NCBI GenBank assembly: GCA_001724265.1
Contig: MEDY01000016.1
Coordinates: 1 to 64,000 of the forward strand
Direction: 5' to 3'
Length of the DNA stretch: 64,000 nt
Source of the DNA: Rhizaria sp. SCN 62-66
Taxonomy: Eukaryota
A model generated the notes under the pieces. It saw only the letters and a program-made list of their open reading frames with translations. It was not told the DNA's origin and did no database searches. Positions 26,701 to 38,700 of this stretch are shown here, in pieces; position 1 is the first letter of the stretch; every line of letters begins with the position of its first letter. The translations under genes and the position numbers were made by a program.

Positions 26701-29700
26701 TGCGCAGCGCGCGCAGACCGAGACCCACCGGCGCGTCGTCGGTTCTATTGCACGCGACGACACCTGCAGTTGCGGCCGTGGTAGAGGCGGCAGCGGCAGC
26801 AGCGGCGGCGGCGGCAGCGGGCGTGAGCGCGGGCGGCGGCACGGGGTGCTTGGCGCGGCACAGGCGCAGGGCGGCGGCGATGGCGGCGCGGCGCACTGCC
26901 AAAGGGCTCCACTCACCGCGATCTTGTGCGACTACAGTCGGAGACGCCTTTGACTGTGAGGCTGAAGATAAAGACGAGGATTCAGACAAGAGTGTGGGCA
27001 AGCCAAGGCCCTCCAGGAATAGGCCTGCAGAGGATACGAGAGCGCGAGACTCAGCGGACGCAGTAGCCAGGGCCATCATCTCGCGATCGACGCCTGTATG
27101 TCTGGCATTGTGCGCGTTCTTGTTGCGGGCGCTTGAAGACCGCAGCTGGCTCGCTTTATCAACCGCACTATCAGTGATGCTGTCGCTGGAAACTGCGGGG
27201 CTCACACGCTTGAGCTCCGCCATGACGCTGTCGTCGAGCAGCTCGCACACCATCGCCACCAAGGCCGCCTCGCTCACCAGCAGCGCGCGCCCGCGCCCCG
27301 CCGCAGCTGCAGCCGCAGCGCGAGCACTGCTGCCAGCGCCGGGGCCTTTGCCCATGCCCGCAGCGGCCGCGTTTGCCGCCGCAGCCATCGCGGTCGCGGC
27401 GACGGCCGCAGAGGCCGACGAGGACGAAGACGAGAAGCGTGCGGAGAGCATAAAGCGGCGGGCGTGGACCGCGGCGGGCGCCCACGGGGGCAGGCGCAGC
27501 GGCGCAGTAGTGTGGCTCTTGCTGCTGGCGCCAGAGTCATTGCTAGCAGTACTGCTAGAGAAGCTCCGACTCCCAGGGAGAATGTTCGTGTTGTTGTTTG
27601 TAGGGCTCGTCTTGCTAGGAACGCTCGCGCTTGCCATTACCTCATCTTCCGCAAGTAATGCGTCTAACGTAGCACGCACACGCGCTGGTGGCTGCTTTTC
27701 TAGCGAGTACGCGGCAAAAACGCGCAGCATGCGGTGTAAGAACGGCAAATACACGTTGATGGGCGACGATACAAACGCGCTTCCCTCGGCACTCTTGACG
27801 CCATTGCTGTTACCGTTGCTGTGCGACGCCGACTGGAGCCCGTGAACAAGCGCAGCGCGGCGTGCGTCGGCCTGCGCCTCAGCCAGCACGTCAACGTCGG
27901 CGATACCGCCAACGCTCACGGCAGACGCCGCGGCTGCAGCGGCCGCAGCGGCGACAGTAGTTACCGAGATACCGCCCACAGCTTTCTTCTTGCCGATGTT
28001 GTTGTTGCCTGCGTTAGTGGTATTCTCGCCGTCGCCGTCGTCGTCGCTGTCCGCGTCGGCGGCGTCGACCCACCCGCTGGCGCTCTGGACGCGCGCGCGC
28101 CGCAGCCGCTGCCGCGCGCTGCGCATCCGGGCCACCCTACGCTCCGAGCCCAGCTCAAGCGCCGCGATCACCGCCGCGCCCGCCGCGCCGCCGCCGCCCG
28201 CCGCCGCAGCCGCCGCGGCGGCCGCAGTCGCAGCGCCCGCGCCCGCCGCCGCAACGCTGGCGCCGATGCTGGCCGTCTCGCCAATCGTCGCCACTGTCGG
28301 CGCGCTGCCCACAGCGCCCGCGGTGAGCGAGGCAGGGCCGGGAGCGAGAGCCGGTGCGGCACTAGGCGCGGTCGCAGTGCGGACGAGCGCGCGCGCCGCC
28401 GCGGCCGCGGTCGCCGCGTCAAGCCCGCCGACGCCGCCGGCCGCCCCGCTTGCCGGTGCCGCAGTGGCGAACGCGGCGGCCGTGTTGGCGGGCGCGGGCG
28501 TCGTGAGCGCCGTCAGCAGCGCCGCGTTGGGCAGCGCGTACAGCGGCGGCGGCGCAGTCGCCGCCACGGTGTGCGCATGACTGCCGCCCGCTGACGCGGC
28601 CACGGCGGCGGCCACAGAGGCGCGCGCGGTCGCGCTAGCCGGGCGCAAGCGACCGCTCGTGCTGCTGTTGTTGTTTCTAGCAGAGCGGGCTGATGCCGGC
28701 TCTGCTGCCGCTGCTGATGCCGCTACTGTTGCTCTCGCCGTCGCCGCAGCTGCAAACGCGGGCACCGCAATAGGCAGCGCACTGTCTCGAGCGAGACCGT
28801 GGCTGTAACCGTGGCCGCGAGCGCGGGCGCGGGCGCTGGCGCTGGCGAGGCGCGCAACCGACGGCGCGGCGGCAACGCCGTAGACGGCGGGGGGCGGGAA
28901 GAGCGGGTCCGCGGGCGCGCCGCACACGCACCGCTGCGAGGCCGGGTCCCCGCCCAGAAACACCGACGCCGTCGACGGCGACTGCGGGTGGCCGTGGGCA
29001 GGGAGGCCGTGCGCGCTGCCCGCGTGCGCGCTCGCGGCTGCGAACGAGCCCTGGAGCAGGGGACACGTGGGGTAGTGCGTGCCGCGGGTGGCGATGCCCG
29101 CCGCGGTGGCCGCGGCAACGGCGCCTGACACGCGTGCGGCTGCCACCGTCACCGCTGACGCCGACGCAGACGCGGACTCCGTTGTAGCGCCGCCCTCGTT
29201 GTCGTCGCTGTTTGCGACGCCGGAGTCGTAGCCCGGCGCGGGCGCGGGCGCGGAGCCCGTGGACAGCAGCGCGGCAAGGCCCGGGTGGTCCAGGTCGAGC
29301 GCGCTCACGCGCACGCGTCCGCCGGAGCTCGAGTAGGCGACCGCGGAGCCGCCCGCGAGACCGCTGGCGCTCGTTCTACTGCTGCTGCTCCCCGCATGGT
29401 TCCCCGCATGGCTACTATGGGGCAGCGCGGGCGGGGGCGGACGCAGCGGCGCAGGACTGCCAAAGCGGCCCGTGAGCGAGAGCGGGTCCGCGGGGTCGCC
29501 CGTGTCGTCGATGTTCACGCCCTACGCCGCCGCACGCGCTCTATCCTCGTCGTCGTCCTCCTCCTGGTTGTGCCGGAGACTGCGACTGGGACCGTGGCCG
29601 TGGCTTAGGTGACTGTGACTGGGGACAGGGAGGCGAGAGAAAGCGCGGTTGCGCTCGAGTTGCACGGCAGCGGGCAGATAAGACTTCTGTGCGCTGCTAC

Positions 29701-30217
29701 TGTTCGCGTCATCGTTGTCTGCATCATCTTCGTCGTCGTTGCTACTATTGTGAAGTTTTCTGCCGTGACTTTGCGGGCGCAGCTCCGACAGCAGTTCGTC
29801 ACCAATCACGGCGTCGAGAGCGGCTGCAGCGCTGTCTGCAGTCCCGCTCGTGCGCGCTTCAGAGCTTTGTGGAGCGCGGCGTGCGCTCTTGTTGCCACTG
29901 CCACTGCTGCTGCTACTGCTGCTCGTACTGGCGTTCGTGGTGTTTGTGTGAGACGGTGGGGGTGCGGGGCCGTAAGAGGCGAGCGCTGACTCGAGCAAGG
30001 CGTCCGCAAAAGACATGCCGTTGTTGCTTGCCTCGTCTGCGTCAACAGCCTTTGTACGAGCACAAGCAGAACCGCCCTTGTTGGCCTTGCCGCTGCTGCT
30101 GCAGAGGCTGGACTGCTGAAGTCGCGCCGAGCTGGGGCGCGGTGGGACAAAGATATCTGACGAGTATCTCCTGCCTGACGGCTGTAACAGTGCGCTAAGG
30201 CCGCTTGCGCTCGCCAT
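20756..30217 (-). CDS. Giant Ala/Ser-rich protein with C-terminal WD40 repeats; exons 30217-23705 and 23599-20756; in-frame TAG at 29524-29522 (~3118 aa if read through)
   Basis: WD repeats LHSARVTALC..WLTASMDCTL, GHSAGVTSVSY..IVSAGLDRRVLLWD and KTVRMYD. A 105-nt AT-rich intron (23704-23600) joins ...GYVQ/LWSAADL. ORFs 29522-30280 and 23675-29518 share a frame and are separated only by TAG GGC. Ends TAA. Confidence 0.7.
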
Positions 30218-30692
30218 TATGCCTGTGACTTGACAAGACTCTGTGCAAACACGGGAAGAAAGAAACATTGTTGTGACCAAAGTCGTTATTCCACAAGCAA
30301 AGAGACATGTGTGTTTGAGCCCAAGATCATCACCTCAACAGCTATAAATTAAATAAATAAAGCAAAATATCACTTAAATATATATACCCTAGCACCACTT
30401 TGGTTAACGGATGTTTAGCCTCCTTTTGTGGTCGTTTTTATCAACGTCTTCGAACACATTAGAGCCAGCCGTTAGCAGGTCACGAAAAGTCACATGTCCC
30501 GAATTTATATAAAATCGCGTCCATAGCTTTACAACAAGCATATTCACCGTTAAAAATGCGTAAAATAATATTTTGTGTATTGTGAATACTCATGACAGAG
30601 CTTTCTGGCCCTCCATACACTGTTTCAGACCAGATCAAACATCGAACTCTTGCTTGCTTTGATCACTCACTCGTCAGCTCTCATAACCAGAC

Positions 30693-32126
30693 TCAATTGG
30701 TCTGCGACTGGAAGGGCAGATTGGGGAAGTCCCAGTCGGTCATGAGCGGGTGCGGTGGGTTCACCGTGACCTCGCCGTTGACCCACATGGCGTTGTCCTC
30801 GACGACGATCTTGACTGGCCGCTCCTCCTTGTTGAGGTAGAGCTTCGCGCGCAGCCGCCACTGGCACACTGCGCCGCCCTCAACAGCGCTCTGGCAGCAG
30901 TAGAGGAACTGCGCGTAGACCACGGCCGCGCACTCGGCCAGCGGGGCCCCGTAGGCCGTCTTGCCGTCGGCGCCAGACTTGGCGGGCGGCGGGCGCTTGA
31001 CCGCGGGAACGGCGACCGTCTGTGTGAAAAAGAGCAGCCCGCCCTTCTCGGTGCGCGCGTCCTCGAGCGAGGCGACGCCGTGCGTGGCCGTCGCGGCCTC
31101 GTCCCAGTGCGCCGGCGCGGGGAACGCCAGCAGCGGCTCGTCCGGCGTCACGAACTGTGCGCCGGCCCGCAGCGGCGCCAGCGGGGCCTCGCGCTGCGTG
31201 AAGAACACGACGTCGGCAACCCAGTCGCGCAGCGACGACAGCGGGACCGTGGCCAGCTCCACGGCGGGCAGCGCCGACGCCGATGCGGGGATGTCGAAGG
31301 GAAACGCCAGCAGCTCCGGCCGGGGTGGACCCGCGGGCTCGGTCGGCCGCGCGCGCCGCGGGGCGGGAATACGCTTCTCCAGCGCCTCGAGGAACGCCTG
31401 CGACTTGCACGCGTCGTTGCGGCCCCAGTCGGCAAAGTCGAGCAGCTTGTCGGCATCGGCGTCGTTGAGCGAGGCGTAGATGGCCCACGTCTCGGGCGAG
31501 CGGCCCTGCGCGCGGGCCTGCGCGCGCTCCGCCGCGAACATCGCCACCACGGCCTTGCGCGCCTGCTTCTTGGTGTAGGTTAGTCCTGAGCGCGGGGGCT
31601 CAATGACGGATGCGTCCTCCAGGCGCCACTTTTTAAGCACGTAGTAAAGCGCCTCTTGCAAACGCTTGAAGTCGGAGGAGGCGATCTTCTTGGGTGCGTT
31701 GGCCGTGGCGAGCTCGTCCTCGGTCTTGACCTTCTCCGCCAGCGCGTACTTGGACTTGGAGTCGACAAGGAAGCGGAACGCGAAGTCGTTCCACGAGCAG
31801 TACTTGCCCGTCTCGTCCTTCTCCATCTGCTCCCAGAGCATCTCGAGGCCCAGATCGCTGGCCTCGACTTCCTCGCGGTCGAACAGCTTGCGCAGCCCGG
31901 CGACGAAGTCGGCCTTCGTGAGGCGACCGCGCTTCGTTGGGTCCAGCGCCTGGAACAGCTTCTTACACTTGACCTTGTTCTTGTAGACCGGGTGCTGGTA
32001 CGACGCGTGCTTCTTGTCCTTCTGGGACTTGGCCTTCTTGCGCGGGCTCCCGGCCGCCGTGCTCGGGGACGACGACGACGCAGACGCGGACGGGCCGGCG
32101 CCCTTGGCAGACGCCTTCTTGCTCAT
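30693..32126 (-). CDS. EF-hand-containing protein (~477 aa)
   Basis: LFQALDPTKRGRLTKADF and LWEQMEKDETGKYCSWNDF form an EF-hand-like pair. Codon usage is strongly GC3-biased from ATG 32126. Ends TGA. Confidence 0.65.
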   Translation of the reverse strand: MSKKASAKGAGPSASASSSSPSTAAGSPRKKAKSQKDKKHASYQHPVYKNKVKCKKLFQALDPTKRGRLTKADFVAGLRKLFDREEVEASDLGLEMLWEQMEKDETGKYCSWNDFAFRFLVDSKSKYALAEKVKTEDELATANAPKKIASSDFKRLQEALYYVLKKWRLEDASVIEPPRSGLTYTKKQARKAVVAMFAAERAQARAQGRSPETWAIYASLNDADADKLLDFADWGRNDACKSQAFLEALEKRIPAPRRARPTEPAGPPRPELLAFPFDIPASASALPAVELATVPLSSLRDWVADVVFFTQREAPLAPLRAGAQFVTPDEPLLAFPAPAHWDEAATATHGVASLEDARTEKGGLLFFTQTVAVPAVKRPPPAKSGADGKTAYGAPLAECAAVVYAQFLYCCQSAVEGGAVCQWRLRAKLYLNKEERPVKIVVEDNAMWVNGEVTVNPPHPLMTDWDFPNLPFQSQTN

Positions 32127-32834
32127 GCGGGGCAGGAACGCAGCAGGGCAACTCTTGGCGGGGTGGATCAGAGGAAAGGAAAAGGAAAGCGGAGCTGTAG
32201 ATCGGAGGATAGGGTTTCGAGAAGTGAAAGCAAAAGAGGCGAGCAAGGAGGATGTAAGACGCTTGATGCGAAATTAAAAGAGGGGCGCATAAAATATTGG
32301 CGTAAAAATACAACAACGATATAACATTGTAACACACGGAGACTGGCGACCAGTAGACATCCGCAAAGTTAGAGCCGTTTCTGATCTCCCAGAGCAAAAC
32401 GGTCGCCTAGCGTGTCAGTCTGGCTAGAAGGATTACTCCAGACCGAGGCAGCTCGGTCGCAGTCACAGCTCGAGCCGAGGATCGGCCTTGTGTCGGTGTC
32501 GCATGCTGGATCCAAGGCGCGCGGGGATGTGCACTTCTCGCTGCAGTGCTGGTCAAATGCGCTTTCGGTGGTATCCTGGGGAATTTGACGAAGCGTTGTA
32601 ACGTTTTTTTTATTTGTGTGCGCGCTAAGCAGCGCCTTGACCTCGAAACATGTGTGTGAAACTGCTCTGCCCAAGACCATTCTTGTCGTCTCATCCTATA
32701 CCATTTCTTCCTTCGACCACGCCCCTGTAGCTCACTTCCCAAGCTCGCTTTTACGCGCACAGCTTGCACCACCTAAGAACCCTACCACCCAACTTAGTCC
32801 CGGTCCCCCCAGGCTCTGTCCTCACTGCTGCCCC

Positions 32835-34245
32835 ATGGGTTGCGTCTCCACCAAAGAGGTTCGTCGTTGCACCGCTGTCACCTGCGCTTATCCACCACTC
32901 TCTCGCCCTCCGAGCACTCGCAAACACGAGTGTTGCTCTCTGTCCGCACTGCATGTGCTTGTGCGAATGTTTTGCGTTTCCGCAATCTCTTGCCAAAGCT
33001 TTCTCCGCCCTCTTTCACTCGCCGTAGTACCCTGCTCACCTCGATATCTTTTTCCTGTTTCCGTTTCTCCCTCATCTCACGGCCCTTCTCCACTGCCCTC
33101 TATGATCCTGCCTTCTGCCGTCCGCTTTCTCCGCGCCACAGCAACAAGGCGATGACGAGAAGATGCGCGAGATCGTCCGCCGCCAGCGCCGCCGCCTGTC
33201 GCTGGCGCCCGACAAGGTCGGCGACACGACCAACGGCCAACCCGCGTCGGCTGCCGCCAGCGGCGCCGCGTCCCCGCACGACGAGATGATCGGCGAAGAC
33301 CAAGGCAAGAACAAAGAAGTGTTGTACATCCGCGTGGCGCACTACAGCAAGAAGGGCGTGGTGCCCTACAACGCGGGCAAGGTGAACCAGGACCGCTTCG
33401 TGGTGCAGCACTCGCTGGCGGGCGACCCGGGGATGTCGTTCTTCGCGGTCATGGACGGCCACGGCGAGTTCGGCCACCTGGTCGCCGAGTTTGTCAAGCA
33501 GAACATCACGCGGCTGCTCGAGACGCAGGACATCCGTGCCGACCCGCCGCGCGCGATCCTGCAGGCCACCAAGCGGCTCTGCTCAGCGCTCCAGGACACT
33601 GGTATCAACATCGCCATCTCGGGCACGACGGCCGTCATGGGGCTCAAGGTCGACGAGAAGCTCTTTGTGGCCAACCTGGGCGACTCGCGCTGCGTGCTGG
33701 CGCGCCGCAAGCGCATCGGCGGCGACTATGACGACGCGGCCGACGCCGACGCCGCGCTAGCGGCCGACGACGAAAACGTGACCGTGGAGGCGATGCCGCT
33801 AAGCCGGGACCACAAGCCCGACGTGCCGAGCGAGAAGGCGCGCATCCTCGAGGCCGGCGGGCGCGTGTGCCCGCTGCAGGGGCTTGAGGACGAGGACTGC
33901 GGGCCGGATCGCGTTTGGCTGGAGAAGGTCGAGGTGCCAGGGCTGGCGATGTCCCGCTCGATCGGCGACGAGGTGGCGCAGCAAGTCGGCGTTATCTCCA
34001 CGCCCGAGATCACCGAGCACGACATCTCGCGCAACGACCTCTTCGTCATCTTCGCCTCGGACGGCGTGTGGGAATTCGTGTCCAACGAGCAGGCCGTGGC
34101 GACGGTGTGCCAACAGCTGCCCAACCTTGGCGAGGCCACGCGCGCGCTCGTCAACCTGTCGCTCGACATGTGGCGCGCCAACGAGCAGGTCATCGACGAC
34201 ATCACCACCGTCATCGTGCAGTTCAATGTCAGCGCTAACGCCTAA
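32835..34245 (+). CDS. PP2C/PPM protein phosphatase with N-terminal MGC acylation motif; exons 32835-32858 and 33142-34245 (375 aa)
   Basis: Motifs NQDR, VMDGHG, SGTT, ANLGDSR, DHKP, GLAMSRSIGD, ASDGVWE and DDIT. Exon 1 MGCVSTKE splices in frame through a GTTCGT..CAG intron. Ends TAA. Confidence 0.93.
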
Positions 34246-35737
34246 ACCGCCGCACGAATGTAAATATACCACTCTCATCTTCTCACTTTGTGAATGTGGC
34301 TACGGGTGTGGCCCTGACTCTGACTGACTCAGCTCGCGCTCGCTCTGTACGCTGACTGACTGCACGTGTGTTGTTGCTGTTGTTGTTTGCATTTTGCGGT
34401 TTTTGAGTGCTTGTGATTTGTACTCGTTTTATTCGCTGTAATATGTTTGTTTGCTTTTGCTTTTGCCTTTGTTTTTTCATGCAAAACTACAGTAAGTCTT
34501 GTTAAGCCTTACTCTGATACCTCCCCCGCTGTCTGCTCCGACACAAACACCACACTACACACTACGTACACAGTAACATGATTACGATATCAATCAAGCC
34601 ACACAACAACGAAGTAACATATCAAACGAATATCAGCGACTATTTGTCGCCTGATGCCGCTGCTCCTGCTCTTTCTCTTGCTCTTCATCCAAATGCACTT
34701 AGCTCGGCTCGGTCGAGCTAAGGTGGCGTCCGGTTGTCGATGCTTTGGAATGAACTTACCGTTATTTTGTTTACGATTCATCTACTAACTTGGACGCGAA
34801 AAGCAAACACCGTTGGAATTGCTGAACACTGCTGCCGACAGGCCACGTCCAAGTGTAGAGTTGCTCTTGTCGTCTAACTCTGGAATTTTTATTACTACGC
34901 TTTTGGTAGTCTTTTATTTTTTGTTGTGATACTAATGAAATCGTTAGTATTCGTAGAATGCGCGTATGTATGTGCCTGTCGCTTTTGTTTTCATCGAGTG
35001 TATGTTCCTTTTCATCAATGTGCTTATGTCTCGTGTTTCCGCTTGCTGTCCTTTTTCCCTCTCACTCTTGTTAGTGTTGTCTGCTCTGTCTGTTATTGCT
35101 GTTCTCTTTGTTGTTCTAGCTTCTTTTCTTTTTGTCTCAAAAGCAGTCGCCGTCGCTGGTAGTTTGCAGTGCTTTGCAGTGGCTCGCTGGCACTGTCTTG
35201 CTCTTTCGTTTTACACGCCCACTCGCTCTCTATCCCTTTCGCTAGCTCTCTAGATGTCGCTCTTTGTTCCGTGTCATCTTGATTTCTCATCCTCGCTGCT
35301 CTGCTTGTTCTCTATTTGTTGCTTTCTCGTTGGGCTCTCGTATTATACGGATCTATCTTGGAGTGGGTGGTGGTGAGAAAGCTGCAAAAATGTACTGTTA
35401 GGAAGTTCTTTGTTTTTATGTTCTTCTTATTTTTTGCGCACCGACGTTTATTCGTGCTCTTTCTAAATTCATACATTATTATTTCATCCAAAACAACGTG
35501 TCCTGTCTGTTCTGTACCCGTCTTGGATCACGCGACTGCACGAATCTTTTTGTGGCTCGGTGACCGACAAGACCATGGTGGCCGCCGCAGTGAGGAAGGT
35601 CCGTGACTTTAATTTCTCACAGAAATTATTTTTTAAGTCGTGCCGCGCCATTATAGCGCTTTTGTTTGATAATATCTTACGTGTTCTACTTATTTATCAA
35701 AATGTTTTTTTCTCATCTTAGGTCTCGCTGCGCAGCC

Positions 35738-38700
35738 ATGCTCGCGCGTTCAGGCTCCGCTGCACTCCAGCGGCACCTTGTTCGCGTGGCCGCCGATGCG
35801 CGCCTGATCGCGACAACATCCTCTCCGTCTGAGCCCAGCTTATCAATCACCACATCCAGTTCTGTTACGTCAAAATCTGATGTATACAGTGCGAAAACCG
35901 CCTCTACACGCCCGCTATACGGTCCCACTCTCCCTGACGCAACTTCCTCGACCTTAACGACCACCGCCAGCTCCGGCTCTATCGCAGGTGGAGCCGCCAC
36001 AACCACCGCTGCTGCTGAAGCTTGCCGTGCACACGCCCACATTGCTGCCACTTGTGCTGCCTCTGCGTCTGCCTCGTTTTCCGTCGCTGTGCCCGCCCGC
36101 AGCTTCTCAGCCTCCTCATCCTCATCTGCCGGCAACGACAAGATCAACGGCACTGCCAAGAAGAGTCACAGCAACGGCCGCAGCAACGGCCGCAGCAACG
36201 CAGCTGCCTCTGCGACCTCTGAGCACAACGCTACTTGGCCGCGCAAGCCGCAGAAGCCCGCCGCTGATCTTAACGTCATCGCAGACTCTGCCTATAATGC
36301 TGGCGCTGACGCTGGGTCGAGTTTCACTCGCGGCAACAAAAGTCGCGCGAATAATAATCGCGTTAACAATAATAACAATACCAATAACAACAAGAATAAT
36401 AGCGCGAATGCTGTTCGCATTGAGAGGACCCGCAACTCCAACTTCGCCTCGACTGCCGCCGCTGCCGCGGCCGCCGCGGCCGCCGCTGCGCCGAGTGTCA
36501 GCGCGAGTGTGGGTGTGAGCGAGAGCCAGTGGAGCATCCCATCGGAGCGCGTGCCCTCGCGCACGCAGGCGACAATTGCCAAGGCGTGGCTCGAAGCGTG
36601 GAGCACCCTCGACGACGTCAACGCGTTCAAGCACCGGACGCACCTGTCGCACGCTGCGCAGAACTCCGCGCACAGTAGCGGCCACGGCGACGCGCTCGCG
36701 CAGGCTCCGTCTCACGCTGCGGCGCAGATTGCGGCCGCCGTGGCCATGGGCGAGCCATCGCCGTTGGACGCTGTGGCGACGCTGCTGGTCGAGTATCTGC
36801 AACAGCTAGACGAGCTCACCCGCGCCGCCCGCGCCGACCCGGCCGCGCACGCCGCCGCCGCGCACACAGGCGTCGTTGCCAGCGCGGTTTCCTGCGTGCT
36901 GAGCAGCGAGAGGCTGGAGGAGCTGATGCGCGCCGCGGTGCGCCACGGCCAGTACGGGCTTGCGTGGCGCGTGTTCCAGCTCCACGGCAACCCGCTGTCG
37001 CTGCGCACGCACGCCGCCGCAAACCCGGCCGCCGCCGCGCTTGTCGCCGCGCGCGACGCGCGCTCCCTCATCCCCGCCAGTGCGAGCAATAGCAATATCA
37101 ATATCATGAGCAATGCTAGCGTGAGCGGCGTGCAGGTTCACAGCGGCCATCTCAGCCTGGGATCGTCCGTGGTGACGGCCAGCAGCAGCGCCGTGGCGGC
37201 CGCGGGCGACGTGGTGAGCGGTGACGGCGACGACGACAGCGTGTGCGCGCTGCACGTGCCGTACGCGGCCGTGGCGCCCCCGCTGACGGCGCAGGAGGAG
37301 CGCGCCGCCGCCGCCCGCGGGTGGGGGCTCGCGCGCGACAGGGAGCGCGATCGTGCGCTGCACCAGAAGTCGCACTACTACCTCAGCCAGCAGCAGAAGC
37401 AGCTTGACTCCGGCTCCGGCGGGCGGCACGAGCATGACCCGTCGTCGGCGGCGTCGGCGTCGGCGTCACCGCGCGGACAGGACCTCTCCGACTCGCCGCT
37501 AGCGGGGCTCGACGCCGTCCTCAGCACCGTGGCCGCCAACGCCGCCGCCCGGGCCGCCGCGCGCGAGGCCAGCGCAGACGCGATCCCCGACGGGAGCGCC
37601 AAGCCGGCGCCACTGGCTGCCGCGTCTGGCGCAGCGCCTAAGAGTCTGGGCGAAAGCGCGGTGTGGAGCGACATCGCGGCGCTGCTCAGCGAGCCCCCTG
37701 TCGCGAGCGCCGCCAGCGCCGCCCCGCTCCACGCCGCGAGAGTCCACGCGCCCCACGCGCCTCACGGGGCGCACAGGCTCGGGCTCGGCCACGGGTCCGG
37801 GCAGCGGTACGAGGACGACCTGCTGGCGGACGCGGACGACGAGTACTACAACGACGGGCACACGGACTACGACACCGAGATCGAAGCCGGACTGGAGACA
37901 GACGACGGTGGCTCCTACAATAGCGCCGCGGCCGAGGGCTACTTGGGCGCCGACGGGTTCGGCGACGCACAGGACGTTGTACAGTCCGCGGGCGGCAAGC
38001 AGGCCAAGACGCGCACCAAGGCCCGCGGCACGCAGCCCCTCTCGCGCACGCAGCAGCGCTCTCAGGCCTACGCCGCCGCCGCCGCCGCGACCCGCACGCG
38101 CGCCCGCGCGTCCGCGTCGGCGGCGCACGTGGCCGTGTCGGAGCTGTCGGACGCTGTGGACCCGCTTGTGTCGCTCACCAGCACGGCCCACGCGCGCGCC
38201 ATAGCCGCGCTCGCGTACACCGCAGACGCGCCAGGCAGCGGCAGTGACGCCGACGGCGTGAACGCGGTCAACCGCGCGATTGCGGCGTCGCTGCCCGCGC
38301 CGCCGCTACCGACGGTGGGGGCATACCACGCCGCGCTCTTCTGCGCCGCCATGCTCGCGCGGCCCGACCTCGCGCTGGCCGTCACGCGCAGCATGGGCAG
38401 GCACTCAGCACTGACACTGCGGCTCTCGCCCGGGGCCGGCTCCGGGGACCTGGACAGCACCGGCCACGGTCAGGACCACGGCCACGGCCACGGCCACGTT
38501 CGCGGCGGCAGCGACTCAGTCTTCACAAGCAACCCCGGCAGCGACTATACCCCCGTGACGCCGGCGTCGTCGTCGGCGCTGGCGGCGAGCGTGGGCGTGG
38601 GCGGAGAAAAGTGGGAGCTGGGCGACCTGGTCGTCACCAGCGGCAAGCAAGTCTCGCTTGCCGCGCGCGGCGGCCTCACCGGGCTCAAGACGGCCTGGCC

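Noticed and set aside
20756-30217. Poly-Ala/Ser/Asn trinucleotide runs as a distinct repeat system
   Set aside because: They are in-frame low-complexity insertions found in most long genes of the window, with no higher-order periodicity.
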